From NCBI GenBank assembly GCA_003518365.1, contig DOYU01000019.1, forward strand, positions 40,224-104,223: a stretch of DNA of 64,000 bases, given 5' to 3'. Position 1 is the stretch's first letter. Each line of letters opens with the position of its first letter. The position numbers and the translations under genes were made by a program. Shown here one piece after another: positions 46,460 through 56,341 of the stretch. The DNA comes from Candidatus Magasanikiibacteriota bacterium. Lineage in GTDB: Bacteria; Patescibacteriota; Patescibacteriia; Magasanikbacterales; UBA922. The notes below the pieces were generated by a model. The model was not told the DNA's origin. It did not search any database and was given only the letters and a program-made list of their open reading frames with translations.

Positions 46460-46603
46460 CATGACTCGTCTCTCCTCCCATGGTTGTCTGGATGCATAGA
46501 TAATCATAAAAATATATTTTTGTAAAGGATAATTATTCGTTCGCATACAAATGCAGATTCTGTTACCATACAACTATACCACTGAACCCATAACAACATT
46601 TTT

Positions 46604-47062
46604 ATGCTCAAACAAAACTCCCCCGCCCCACCATTCTCCCTCCCGGACCAAAACGGAAAAATGCAAAGCCTAACAGACTACTCAGGCAAAAAAGTGCTGC
46701 TCTACTTTTATCCAAAAGATGATACACCCGGCTGTACGACCGAAGCGTGCAACTTTCGTGATAGACTGAACGAACTAAAAGACCACGGCGTGCAAGTCCT
46801 CGGTGTGAGTAAGGATACTATCGCATCACACAAAAAATTCTCAGAAAAGTTTGATCTCAACTTTCCCCTTCTCTCTGATGAAAATGGAACACTCGTGAAA
46901 GCCTACGGCGTCTGGAAAGAAAAAAGTATGTACGGGAAAACATACATGGGCATTTCTCGTGAATCATTTCTCATTGATGAAGAAGGCAACCTTGTGAAAC
47001 ATTATGAAAAAGTAAAGCCAGAAGAACATGTCGAGGAAGTATTGCGGGATGTCGAAGCATAG
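46604..47062 (+). CDS. bcp: Thiol peroxidase Bcp (peroxiredoxin)
   Basis: FYPKDDTPGCTTEACNFRD is the Bcp/PrxQ active-site motif. Confidence 0.85.
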   Translation: MLKQNSPAPPFSLPDQNGKMQSLTDYSGKKVLLYFYPKDDTPGCTTEACNFRDRLNELKDHGVQVLGVSKDTIASHKKFSEKFDLNFPLLSDENGTLVKAYGVWKEKSMYGKTYMGISRESFLIDEEGNLVKHYEKVKPEEHVEEVLRDVEA

Positions 47063-47150
47063 TGTGATTGACAAACCAGCTAAAAACAGCTATACTCCGG
47101 CCTACGCTAAAGCTTCGGCCGACAAGCGTTGCCTTTTTTAATATCGCACT

Positions 47151-48605
47151 ATGGCACAACAAGAATCCGTCATTCTCAGATTTGACGCCGTCAAATTTCA
47201 CTACGATGAAATCAAACCCATTCTCAATGGCGTCAGTTTTTCTATACGAAAAAATAGCAAAATCACCATCATGGGCCCAAACGGCGCAGGAAAATCTACC
47301 ATTTTCAAACTCATCACTGGAGACATTCAGCCAGTCGAAGGCAGAGTCCTTATCACTGATAATGCGTCTATTGGCATTGCGAAGCAAATCATGGCTGACG
47401 AATATAAAGAACTGACTGTCCGAGAATACTTTGCAACAGCGTTCACAGAAAAAAAACATAACCTCGATAAACTCATCACCGACGTCCTCGATGTCGTGAA
47501 CTATCACATTCCTCTCGACAAACAAATCAAAGACACATCAGGTGGTCAGCAAGCTCGCCTTCTCTTGGCACACGCATTGATCCAACAACCCGACATTCTC
47601 CTCCTCGACGAACCAACGAACAATCTCGATGATGACGGTATCGGTCACCTGACATCCTTCCTCATCATGTATGAAAAAACCGTTGTGGTTATTTCTCATG
47701 ACACGTACTTTTTGAATTCATTTACCGATGGTGTCTTGCATCTCAATGAATACACAAAAGAAGTAAAACAATATCAAGGAAACTATCTCGATGTACTCGA
47801 AGACATCAACGCACAGATAGAACGAGAAGAACGAAAAAATGCACAACTCCAAAGAAATATTCAAGATCGAAAAGATAAAATAAACTTCTTTTCAAACAAA
47901 GGAGGAAAGATGAGAAAACTTGCGGCAAAAATGCGCGAAGAAGTTGCAGAAGATGAAGCAAACATGGTAGACGTGATGCAAGAAGACAAAACCATCACAC
48001 GGTTTGACATCCCAGCACAAGAATACAAAGAAGAAATCTTGGGCATGAATCATATTTCTATTTTGAAAAACCATGAAGTGGTAGAGAAAGAAGTCAATAT
48101 TCACATGCGGCGCGGCGACAGACTCTTTATCAAAGGACCAAATGGTATTGGAAAAAGCACGCTGCTGAAGCGCATTGCAGAAGAACAAACAGATGGCATC
48201 ACGATTGGTGCAGGTGTGCGTGTTGCGTATTATAAGCAGGATTTTTCCGGACTTGATTTTAATAAAACTGCCTTTCACTCTCTCAAAGAAATGATGGGCG
48301 TGCCAGATGATGAAGTTATTTACCGCGTTGCCGCACGATTTTTATTGAGTTCAAAAGTTCTGCAAAATTTGGTTGGTGCATTATCCGAAGGACAAAAAGG
48401 ATTGCTCGTCTATGCACGTTTTGTCTTGCAAGAGCCAGGCCTCTTGATCCTCGACGAGCCGACGAACCACATCAACTTCCGACATCTTCCCGTCATAGCA
48501 GAAGCAATCAATCAGTACGAAGGCGCGATGATTCTCGTTTCTCACGTTCCAGAATTTGTCGAACAAATTACTATCAAAAACGAACTCGATCTGGGTCGCA
48601 TCTAA
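47151..48605 (+). CDS. ABC-F family ATPase (tandem ABC domains, no TMD)
   Basis: Two Walker A motifs (GPNGAGKST; GPNGIGKST), two LSGGQ-like signatures, and an inter-domain linker. Confidence 0.85.
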   Translation: MAQQESVILRFDAVKFHYDEIKPILNGVSFSIRKNSKITIMGPNGAGKSTIFKLITGDIQPVEGRVLITDNASIGIAKQIMADEYKELTVREYFATAFTEKKHNLDKLITDVLDVVNYHIPLDKQIKDTSGGQQARLLLAHALIQQPDILLLDEPTNNLDDDGIGHLTSFLIMYEKTVVVISHDTYFLNSFTDGVLHLNEYTKEVKQYQGNYLDVLEDINAQIEREERKNAQLQRNIQDRKDKINFFSNKGGKMRKLAAKMREEVAEDEANMVDVMQEDKTITRFDIPAQEYKEEILGMNHISILKNHEVVEKEVNIHMRRGDRLFIKGPNGIGKSTLLKRIAEEQTDGITIGAGVRVAYYKQDFSGLDFNKTAFHSLKEMMGVPDDEVIYRVAARFLLSSKVLQNLVGALSEGQKGLLVYARFVLQEPGLLILDEPTNHINFRHLPVIAEAINQYEGAMILVSHVPEFVEQITIKNELDLGRI

Positions 48606-48615
48606 TTCAATTTAT

Positions 48616-49056
48616 ATGTCAAAAGTTGAAAAAGGACACAAAGTCACCGTACACTATACAGGATCTCTCGACGACGGCACCATATTCGATTCATCAAAGA
48701 ATCGTGAACCACTTGAATTCATTGTTGGTGGTGGCATGGTGATTGAAGGATTTGATGAGATGGTCATCGGTATGAGCGTGGGAGACACGAAAAAAGAAAC
48801 ACTCCCCTCTCACAAAGCATACGGCGACCGTCGTAATGAACTTGTCGGCGACGTCCCAAAAAACAATATTCCAGAAAACATTCGTGACAACGTCGCAAAA
48901 GGTGACAAACTTCAAATTCCACAACCAAACGGTATTGCGATTGTCACGGTGATCAATGTCACAGACGATGCCATCACCATCGACGCAAATCCAGAACTTG
49001 CAGGAAAAGATCTTACATTTGAGATAGAACTGGTAGAAATTAAAGAAGTCGAATAA
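48616..49056 (+). CDS. FKBP-type peptidyl-prolyl cis-trans isomerase (SlyD-like)
   Basis: VTVHYTGSLDDGTIFDSS...GGGMVIEGFDEMVIGMSVGD, plus an insert-in-flap-like region. Confidence 0.8.
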   Translation: MSKVEKGHKVTVHYTGSLDDGTIFDSSKNREPLEFIVGGGMVIEGFDEMVIGMSVGDTKKETLPSHKAYGDRRNELVGDVPKNNIPENIRDNVAKGDKLQIPQPNGIAIVTVINVTDDAITIDANPELAGKDLTFEIELVEIKEVE

Positions 49057-49087
49057 ACACAAAATCAGTGCGATAAAAAAAGAGAAG

Positions 49088-49135
49088 CCCCGTAGCGAAA
49101 AGTACGCTACGGGGCTTTGTTGTCGTTGTGACCTC
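49088..49135. terminator. Bidirectional rho-independent terminator between convergent FKBP gene and uvrB
   Basis: gccccgtagcg-aaaagta-cgctacggggc flanked by A-run and T-run. Confidence 0.7.
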
Positions 49136-49194
49136 GAAAAGTTGTCCCGCAGAGACGGAATCCCGCTTTGCGGGAGGAGATGGGTTGCGTTGCA

Positions 49195-51255
49195 TTATGA
49201 TTTCTTTTTTTTCTCACGCTTTCCTTCCACTTTTTTCCGTGCTTCTAGTTCACGTATTTCATCTCTCAAAATAGCCGCCACTTCAAACTCAAGATTCTGC
49301 GCCGCTTCTTTCATGTTCTTTTGTTTATCTTTGATAATTTCTTCAATCGTCCTGCCATCTCCTAGCATATCAAGACGTGCAATTTCTTTTATACGTCGAT
49401 TTCTTGCTTTTTTTGCTGTCTGACTTGTAGAGGCAGAAAGTCCAAATTCTTCCAAAATATTTCGGATACTTTTTTCAATTGTTTTTGGTGTGATGCCATG
49501 TTTCTTATTATACGCAAGTTGTTTTTCTCGACGACGATCGGTCTCTTCTATCGCGCGTTCGATAGAGCCGGTCATGTGATCGGCATAAAGAATGACTTGC
49601 CCATTGACATTGCGAGCCGCACGACCAATGGTCTGAATAAGACTTGTTTCACTGCGAAGAAATCCTTCTTTATCGGCATCAAGAATTGCGACGAGTGAGA
49701 CTTCCGGAATATCCAGCCCTTCTCGAAGCAAGTTCACACCAACAATCACATCGACCTCTCCTTTACGAAGGGCGGTAATAATTTCAATGCGTTCAATAGT
49801 CAAAATATCACTATGCAGATATTTTACTTTTATGCCACGCTCTTGCAGATATTCTGTCAGATCCTCTGCCATGCGTTTTGTAAGCGTCGTCACGAGCGTT
49901 CGTTCTTTTTGCGTTATTCTCTCTTGAATTCGCTCTATGACATCATCTACCTGAGAAGGGTTTTCATCTGTTTCCGTCACAGGACGAATAATCACCTCAG
50001 GGTCAATGAGTCCAGTAGGACGCACAATTTGCTCCGCGATATTTGTACTTATCTCTTTTTCATACTCACTTGGTGTTGCAGATACATACACCACATCTTC
50101 AATACGTGCATCAAATTCTTCAAAACGCAGGGGTCGATTGTCTCGAGCACTCGGCAATCTGAATCCATTGTCTACGAGTGAATCCTTTCGCGCACGATCA
50201 CCATTGTACATCGCACGAATTTGCGGGACGCTCACGTGAGATTCATCGATAATGGTAAGAAATGAACGAGATCCATATTTAAAATAATCAAGCAATGTAA
50301 ATGGTGGTTCACCTTCATCACGTCCTTCAAAATGTCGAGAATAATTTTCAATACCATTGCAATAGCCGACCTGTTTGATGAGTTCAAGATCGTGTGCAAC
50401 ACGACGTTTCAATCGTTCATACTCAAGAACTTTTTCTTGTTTTTTGAACAATCCCAATTGTTCATGTAATTCTGATTCAATACGCCCAATGGCTCGTTCT
50501 CTTGATTCAGTACTCATGACATAGTGCTTTGCAGGAAAGAGCCACAGATCTTCTTGCTCTCGGCGAATTTTTCTCGTAACAGGATCAATCTGTTCAATGC
50601 GCGTAATCTCCTCACCCACCTCAAGTCTATAAATCATTTCTTCATTCACGGGCATCATCTCAAATACTTGTCCACGCATACGAAACGAACCTCGCACAAT
50701 ATCTGCATTTGTTCTTTCAAATTGCATTTCAACAAGTTGTTGCATCACAGCACGTCTATCCAAACGTTGTCCTACTTCGAGATGCAACACAATTTTTTCA
50801 TATTCTGTCGGGGAACCCAAACCATAAATGGCTGATACCGATGCGACGATAATGACATCTTCGCGAGTCAACAGCGCTTGCGTACAGGCATGACGAAGTC
50901 GATCAATTTCTTCGTTGATCTGTGCCTCTTTTTCTATATACGTATCACTTGATGCAATATATGCTTCTGGCTGATAATAATCATAATAACTGACAAAATA
51001 CTCAACGGCATTGTCTGGAAAAAATTCGCGAAATTCATTACACAGCTGAGCGGCAAGTGTTTTATTATGAGCAATAACAAGTGTCGGTTTTTGCACCTCT
51101 TGAATCACGTTTGCAATGGTAAAGGTCTTTCCAGAACCAGTCACACCAAGCAATGTCTGTCGTTTGTCTCCTTTTTTGATACCAGAAACAAGCGACTGTA
51201 TAGCCGTTGGTTGATCGCCTGCGGGTTTATATTGTGAATGTAATTTGAATTTCAT
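49195..51255 (-). CDS. uvrB: Excinuclease ABC subunit B (UvrB)
   Basis: [19 protein letters not shown], a beta-hairpin region, helicase motifs, and a C-terminal UvrB/UvrC interaction coiled coil. Confidence 0.9.
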   Translation of the reverse strand: MKFKLHSQYKPAGDQPTAIQSLVSGIKKGDKRQTLLGVTGSGKTFTIANVIQEVQKPTLVIAHNKTLAAQLCNEFREFFPDNAVEYFVSYYDYYQPEAYIASSDTYIEKEAQINEEIDRLRHACTQALLTREDVIIVASVSAIYGLGSPTEYEKIVLHLEVGQRLDRRAVMQQLVEMQFERTNADIVRGSFRMRGQVFEMMPVNEEMIYRLEVGEEITRIEQIDPVTRKIRREQEDLWLFPAKHYVMSTESRERAIGRIESELHEQLGLFKKQEKVLEYERLKRRVAHDLELIKQVGYCNGIENYSRHFEGRDEGEPPFTLLDYFKYGSRSFLTIIDESHVSVPQIRAMYNGDRARKDSLVDNGFRLPSARDNRPLRFEEFDARIEDVVYVSATPSEYEKEISTNIAEQIVRPTGLIDPEVIIRPVTETDENPSQVDDVIERIQERITQKERTLVTTLTKRMAEDLTEYLQERGIKVKYLHSDILTIERIEIITALRKGEVDVIVGVNLLREGLDIPEVSLVAILDADKEGFLRSETSLIQTIGRAARNVNGQVILYADHMTGSIERAIEETDRRREKQLAYNKKHGITPKTIEKSIRNILEEFGLSASTSQTAKKARNRRIKEIARLDMLGDGRTIEEIIKDKQKNMKEAAQNLEFEVAAILRDEIRELEARKKVEGKREKKKKS

Positions 51256-51347
51256 AAATTAGCCTGCCCGGCGCAGCTCAAACAAAGTATTGAGCGGAGA
51301 CGGGATCGCCTGCTGGTTTGTACTCTGAGTGCAATTTGAATTCCATA
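51256..51347 (-). repeat. Degenerate tandem duplicate of the uvrB start region forming a 22-codon uORF (MEFKLHSEYKPAGDPVSAQYFV)
   Basis: gatcgcctgctggtttgtactctgagtgcaatttgaattccat (51305-51347) against the true start segment gatcgcctgcgggtttatattgtgaatgtaatttgaatttcat (51213-51255), at about 35/43 identity. The uORF ends TGA 24 nt upstream of the uvrB ATG and is out of frame with uvrB. Confidence 0.7.
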
Positions 51348-51422
51348 GATAATCAACCTAGCACATCACACCTTGTTTTTCAATACAAAACGCTACAAGC
51401 TAGCACCTAAAACCTAATCTTC

Positions 51423-52775
51423 CTACTCCACCTCAACCTTTTCCCCAAACTCAGGGACAATCGTTTTCACACCATAGCGATCACGTGTTTTGTGCGCGAG
51501 TTCTGTAGCAGCATGATCATCACCATGGACAAAACAAACTTTTTGGGGCGCAGTCCCGCTACTGCCAATCCAGTCAAGCATCTTGTCTTGATCTCCATGT
51601 GCAGACAAGGCACCAATGGCTTTGATCGTACAATGCACAGGAATATGTTCATTAAAAATACGCACATTTTCTGCGCCTTCGTACAATCTCCGACCCAGCG
51701 TCCCTTCTGCCTGGTACCCGACAATGATCAGCGTAGATTTTGGATCAGAGAGATACCTCATCGCGTGATGCATGATACGCCCACCATTCATCATCCCCGA
51801 GCCTGCAATAATCATCTTTGGCGATGGGACAGTGTTGATGGCTTTTGATTCTTCGACGGTACGAGTAATCGTGAGTTGTTTAAACTTAAAAAAATCATTG
51901 CCTTGCATGTGTTTTTCTTTTGCATCTTTGTCGTAATAGTCTGTATACGTGGTATACGTTGGCATGGCATCGATAGCAAGTGGACTGTCAAGAAAAATAG
52001 GAAATTGCGGAAGCGTCTTATCTTCTTCTGCCATTTCATCAAGCATATACAAAATTTCTTGCGTTCGTTCGAGCGAAAAGGCAGGCATCATGATCGTACC
52101 GCCTCGGCGCACGCCTTCTTTGACGAGCTCAAGTAAGATGTCTTTCCGCATGCGTTCATCCTCATGGAGTCGATCACCATACGTCGATTCACAGATGAGA
52201 AAATCAACGGGCGACAAGGCTTCTGAATCTTGTAAAATAGGCACGTTTTCATTTCCCATGTCTCCAGAAAACGCAATTGTTTTACCGCCCGAGGTGAGCT
52301 CAATAAATGATGATCCAAAAATATGTCCTGCATCTTTGAGCACGATCGTTGCACTGCCGATGGAAAATGGCGTGCGATATGATTGTGCATGACATTGGGA
52401 CATCGCCCTTGTGACATCTTCTTCTGTATACAAAACAGGATCCCCTGTTTTTTTATTATTATACTTCATGATGTGATACGCATCTTTCCAAATAAGTTCA
52501 GCAAGCTCAAGTGTTCCATGAGTACCATAGATCGGTCCGCGGAATCCATCACGCACCAATTTTGGGATGCGTCCGGTATGATCGAGGTGTGCGTGACTCA
52601 CGACGACAGCATCAAGGCTCGCAGGATCAAATCCAAAATCTTCATGATTTTTTTGCTCATTAAATTGTCCGCCTTGAAACATTCCGCAATCAAAAAGGAT
52701 CTTCTCTGCCCCCGTGTCGACAAGATGACAGGAGCCAGTGACTTCATGTGCCGCTCCAAAAAAGGTAACATTCAT
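51423..52775 (-). CDS. MBL-fold beta-CASP ribonuclease (RNase J / CPSF-like)
   Basis: HAHLDHTG (HxHxDH), followed by beta-CASP motifs. Confidence 0.8.
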   Translation of the reverse strand: MNVTFFGAAHEVTGSCHLVDTGAEKILFDCGMFQGGQFNEQKNHEDFGFDPASLDAVVVSHAHLDHTGRIPKLVRDGFRGPIYGTHGTLELAELIWKDAYHIMKYNNKKTGDPVLYTEEDVTRAMSQCHAQSYRTPFSIGSATIVLKDAGHIFGSSFIELTSGGKTIAFSGDMGNENVPILQDSEALSPVDFLICESTYGDRLHEDERMRKDILLELVKEGVRRGGTIMMPAFSLERTQEILYMLDEMAEEDKTLPQFPIFLDSPLAIDAMPTYTTYTDYYDKDAKEKHMQGNDFFKFKQLTITRTVEESKAINTVPSPKMIIAGSGMMNGGRIMHHAMRYLSDPKSTLIIVGYQAEGTLGRRLYEGAENVRIFNEHIPVHCTIKAIGALSAHGDQDKMLDWIGSSGTAPQKVCFVHGDDHAATELAHKTRDRYGVKTIVPEFGEKVEVE

Positions 52776-52857
52776 AAAAAATATATAAAAACAAATGAGA
52801 TATATAGTCTATCATACCTGACCTTCACTCATATGTACAAATAGGTACTTTTCTGCT

Positions 52858-53550
52858 ATGATACGTACATTCCAATACTACGTTATGCATCGAAACACAG
52901 ATGATATCCAAATTCAAGGTCCACCAATAGATGAGATACAAAAACGGTCATCTTGTCTCAAGCGAAGCTGCGGAACGCTTTTAGGTATAATTATTGTATT
53001 GCTCCTTATATTAAGCTTTCTCATCCATACCATTGTCCGCCCTCGCATTAAACATCTTGCTATCCTGCCAACAGATATCCCAAAGGAAATACCTATCTAC
53101 GATGCACAGAATCTTGATGTTATTTCCTATATCGACGGAGGACAACGCGCACAAGCGATTGAACTCCTTGCGTTTGTGCCAAAGGCCATCCTGTCCCCCC
53201 TTATTCTGGCCATAGAAAATGCAGACGAAGCTGCAGGAGCAGAAACAGAATCGCTCTGGGAATCATTCATTCGTATTCTCGGTACGCCAGTAGCAGATCA
53301 CAGAAATATCCTCTCAGTCGAATGGACAGAGCTTCAAGCCGCACCATCGTTTATCCATTCCTATTACCGCACAGCACTCACACAGGCAGGATATACCGAA
53401 ACAGACGAACATACCGCGGACAGCACTCGATTTGAAAATGAGCGCGAAGGAACGACAGTTACCGTAGATATACAGGACAATGGCAATGCTCAGGATGGAA
53501 CAGATTATGCTATACTACGAGTCTATTATACGTTTTCACCAAAAAAATAA
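52858..53550 (+). CDS. Hypothetical membrane-anchored protein
   Basis: Single N-terminal TM (LLGIIIVLLLILSFLIH), no recognisable domain. Confidence 0.4.
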   Translation: MIRTFQYYVMHRNTDDIQIQGPPIDEIQKRSSCLKRSCGTLLGIIIVLLLILSFLIHTIVRPRIKHLAILPTDIPKEIPIYDAQNLDVISYIDGGQRAQAIELLAFVPKAILSPLILAIENADEAAGAETESLWESFIRILGTPVADHRNILSVEWTELQAAPSFIHSYYRTALTQAGYTETDEHTADSTRFENEREGTTVTVDIQDNGNAQDGTDYAILRVYYTFSPKK

Positions 53551-53562
53551 TCGTTTTGTGCT

Positions 53563-54483
53563 ATGGCAATAAAAGTCATCACACAGCAGAATCTCACATG
53601 GATAAACATCGATCGCATTGATGAAGAAGCATTGACGTATTTGAAAAAAAATCACAACTTCCATCATCTCGATATTGAAGACATCCAAAGTGAAAGTCAG
53701 ACACCAAAGGTAGATGCGTATAAAAACTACTTGTTTGTTGTCCTTCAAGTTCCACATTGGCAAGGAAATACAAAAACAATTGTCCCGCTGGAGGTTGACT
53801 GTTTTATCGGAGAAAACTACTTGATTACGGTTCAGAATACAAAAGTAAAAGAAATGAAAAATTTCTTTTATAAATGTATGAAAAACAGACAAACAAAACG
53901 AGAATGGATGAGTGGGACGTCTGGATTTTTGTTTTATCATGTGCTGGAAGCACTGTTTCACAATTCCAGAAGCACACTGAATAATATTGGTAAACAAATT
54001 TCAAAAATGGAAACCAATGTATTTTCTGGAGAGAGAAATCCACATATCGTTCAAGAACTCGCCGTCCACAGACGAAACGTTCTGAGCTTTCGACGCATTA
54101 TCGACCCACAACGCTATGTCATCGCCAACTTGTCGCACACGAGAAAACCATTCTTGAACGATGATTTAAATGTATATTTTGATAACGTTGTCGACTACCT
54201 CAACAAAATTTGGGTGATCCTCGATACGTATCGTGACACCGTTGACGGGCTGCACGTGACCGTGGAGTCGTTGATTACGCAGCGGACGAATAAAGTAGTA
54301 GGCACACTCACGGCTATTTCCGTAGGCTTGTTGCCACTGACACTGCTCTCAGGTATTTATGGCATGAATATCGACAATCTCCCATTTGCACACAATCCAC
54401 TCCTTGTGTGGGGCATGTTTGCCATATTGGCAATCGTGATATTGTTGGCACTCTTCACTATGAGAAGAAATAAATGGCTATGA
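53563..54483 (+). CDS. corA: CorA-family magnesium/cobalt transporter
   Basis: Two C-terminal TM helices with YGMN (IYGMNIDNLPF). Confidence 0.8.
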   Translation: MAIKVITQQNLTWINIDRIDEEALTYLKKNHNFHHLDIEDIQSESQTPKVDAYKNYLFVVLQVPHWQGNTKTIVPLEVDCFIGENYLITVQNTKVKEMKNFFYKCMKNRQTKREWMSGTSGFLFYHVLEALFHNSRSTLNNIGKQISKMETNVFSGERNPHIVQELAVHRRNVLSFRRIIDPQRYVIANLSHTRKPFLNDDLNVYFDNVVDYLNKIWVILDTYRDTVDGLHVTVESLITQRTNKVVGTLTAISVGLLPLTLLSGIYGMNIDNLPFAHNPLLVWGMFAILAIVILLALFTMRRNKWL

Positions 54484-54600
54484 GTGCGAACTAACGAAAT
54501 GATACGAACATACAAAATCCATGCCCTATGCAAAATGAATATTAAAAAGTGTCGTTCGTAATTTCGTATCATTTCGTCAGTTCGTACTCAATGTATGATG
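54484..54600. repeat. About 30-bp imperfect inverted repeat built from TTCGTA/TACGAA units, between corA and murJ
   Basis: gagtgcgaactaacgaaatgatacgaa ... N45 ... ttcgtatcatttcgtcagttcgtactc. Confidence 0.7.
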
Positions 54601-56208
54601 AAACGTCTCTTCACCAACACCCAATCCTCCATCACCGGCGCTGCCATCATCCTCGGGGCTGCGTCTTTTTTGAGTCGTATCATGGGTATTATTCGTGATC
54701 GTATTTTTGCGCATCAATTTGGGGCGGGTGATGTGCTGGATGCGTACTATGCAGCATTCCGTGTTCCTGATCTTGTCTACAATCTTCTGGTTGTAGGAGC
54801 ACTGTCCGCGGGATTTATCCCCATCTTTCTTGAACTCAAACAAAAAAATAAGGCCGAAGCCTGGCATGTCACAAATAGCGTGCTCCATATTATTGCCATT
54901 GGATCGATGTTCGTATGCGCGGTTCTTTTTCTCTTCGCGCCAAGTATCATTCACGCCATTGTGCCAGGATTTGATGCAGAAAAACAAGCATTGACCGTCA
55001 TGCTCTCACGCATCATGTTTATCAGTCCGATCATCCTCGGGATCAGTAGTCTGGTGAGTGGTGTGTTGCAATCATACAAATCATTCCTCATCTATAGCAT
55101 CACCCCTATCATGTACAATCTTGGTATTATTATCGGTGCCGTCCTTTTTGTACCGATCTATGGGGTAGAAGGACTTGCCTATGGCGTCTTGCTTGGGGCC
55201 ATATTGCATTTGTGTATACAGTTGCCTACCTTGTTCCGCCTTGGTTTTCGCTATCGCCCTGTGATGGATGTAACCAATATCTCTGTGAGACGGATTGGAA
55301 AAATGATGATTCCACGAACCATGAGTCTCGCCACAGCGCAAATAAATTTGATTGTTATGACCGTTCTTGCCTCAACGCTTGGCGTGGGAAGTATTGCGAT
55401 TTTTAATTTTGCAAACAATTTGCAATATTTCGCTGTGGGCATTATTGGTATTTCCTTTGCTGTTGCCGCGTTTCCTGCGTTGTCAGAATTGATTGCAAAA
55501 GGAAAACAATCAGACATGATAGAACAACTCATCAGGACGACCAGACAAATTTTATTCTTCATTCTTCCGATGAGTATTCTTTTCCTTGTACTTCGCGCGC
55601 AGATTGTGAGAACCGTGTTGGGCAGTGGAGCATTTGATTGGGATGATACCATTGCAACAGCCGATACACTTGCCTTTTTTTCTTTTTCTCTCTTTGCACA
55701 AGCGCTCATTCCCCTCTTGGCACGAGGCTTTTATGCACTCAAAGACACCTGGACGCCGTTTCTCATTGGACTTTCAAGTGCGCTTGTCAACATTCTCGCA
55801 GCACTCTATTTGAAAGATATCTATGGCATTCAAGGATTGGCATTTGCGTTTAGTATCGCTGCAATCTTTCAAATAGTACTTATGTGGTTTTCTCTCAGGC
55901 ATAAAGTTGGTCCTATGGGTGAAAAGTCCTTGTTACGTTTTCTTGGCAAAATTTCGTTTGCAACACTCTGTATGGCGATCATTGCGCAGTATTTGAAAGA
56001 ACCACTTTCGTATCTCGTAGATATGACACGTCTCTGGGGAATTTTTCTTCAAGGGCTGGGTGCTGGGACGGTTGGCATCTTCATGTATATCCTACTTTGT
56101 TGGCTGCTCGGGGTAGAAGAAGTGGACATCATAAAAAAGAGTTTCAAAAAACGCTCACTCAAACTTGCCACAGTGGAAGCGTCTATCAATGAACCGGATG
56201 AGGTGTAA
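54595..56208 (+). CDS. murJ: Lipid II flippase MurJ (MviN)
   Basis: 14-TM MOP-superfamily pattern. N-terminal ITGAAIILGAASFLSRIMGIIRDRIFAHQFGAGDVLDAYYAAFRVPD. Confidence 0.85.
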   Translation: MMKRLFTNTQSSITGAAIILGAASFLSRIMGIIRDRIFAHQFGAGDVLDAYYAAFRVPDLVYNLLVVGALSAGFIPIFLELKQKNKAEAWHVTNSVLHIIAIGSMFVCAVLFLFAPSIIHAIVPGFDAEKQALTVMLSRIMFISPIILGISSLVSGVLQSYKSFLIYSITPIMYNLGIIIGAVLFVPIYGVEGLAYGVLLGAILHLCIQLPTLFRLGFRYRPVMDVTNISVRRIGKMMIPRTMSLATAQINLIVMTVLASTLGVGSIAIFNFANNLQYFAVGIIGISFAVAAFPALSELIAKGKQSDMIEQLIRTTRQILFFILPMSILFLVLRAQIVRTVLGSGAFDWDDTIATADTLAFFSFSLFAQALIPLLARGFYALKDTWTPFLIGLSSALVNILAALYLKDIYGIQGLAFAFSIAAIFQIVLMWFSLRHKVGPMGEKSLLRFLGKISFATLCMAIIAQYLKEPLSYLVDMTRLWGIFLQGLGAGTVGIFMYILLCWLLGVEEVDIIKKSFKKRSLKLATVEASINEPDEV

Positions 56209-56249
56209 TTTCATGTATCACAAATCATATAACATAAAACAAAAAGCCA

Positions 56250-56306
56250 CGAACAATCGTTCGTGGCTTTTTGAATCTGGCCGACGTACGTGGTACGTCG
56301 GCCTTC
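56250..56306. terminator. Bidirectional terminator hairpins between convergent murJ and the pentapeptide-repeat gene
   Basis: aaaaagccacgaacaatcgttcgtggcttttt, plus the GC hairpin ggccgacgtacgtggtacgtcggcc. Confidence 0.65.
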
Positions 56307-56341
56307 ATGTCCTTCTCGCCGCACGGCGTGCGCTGCGAGCC

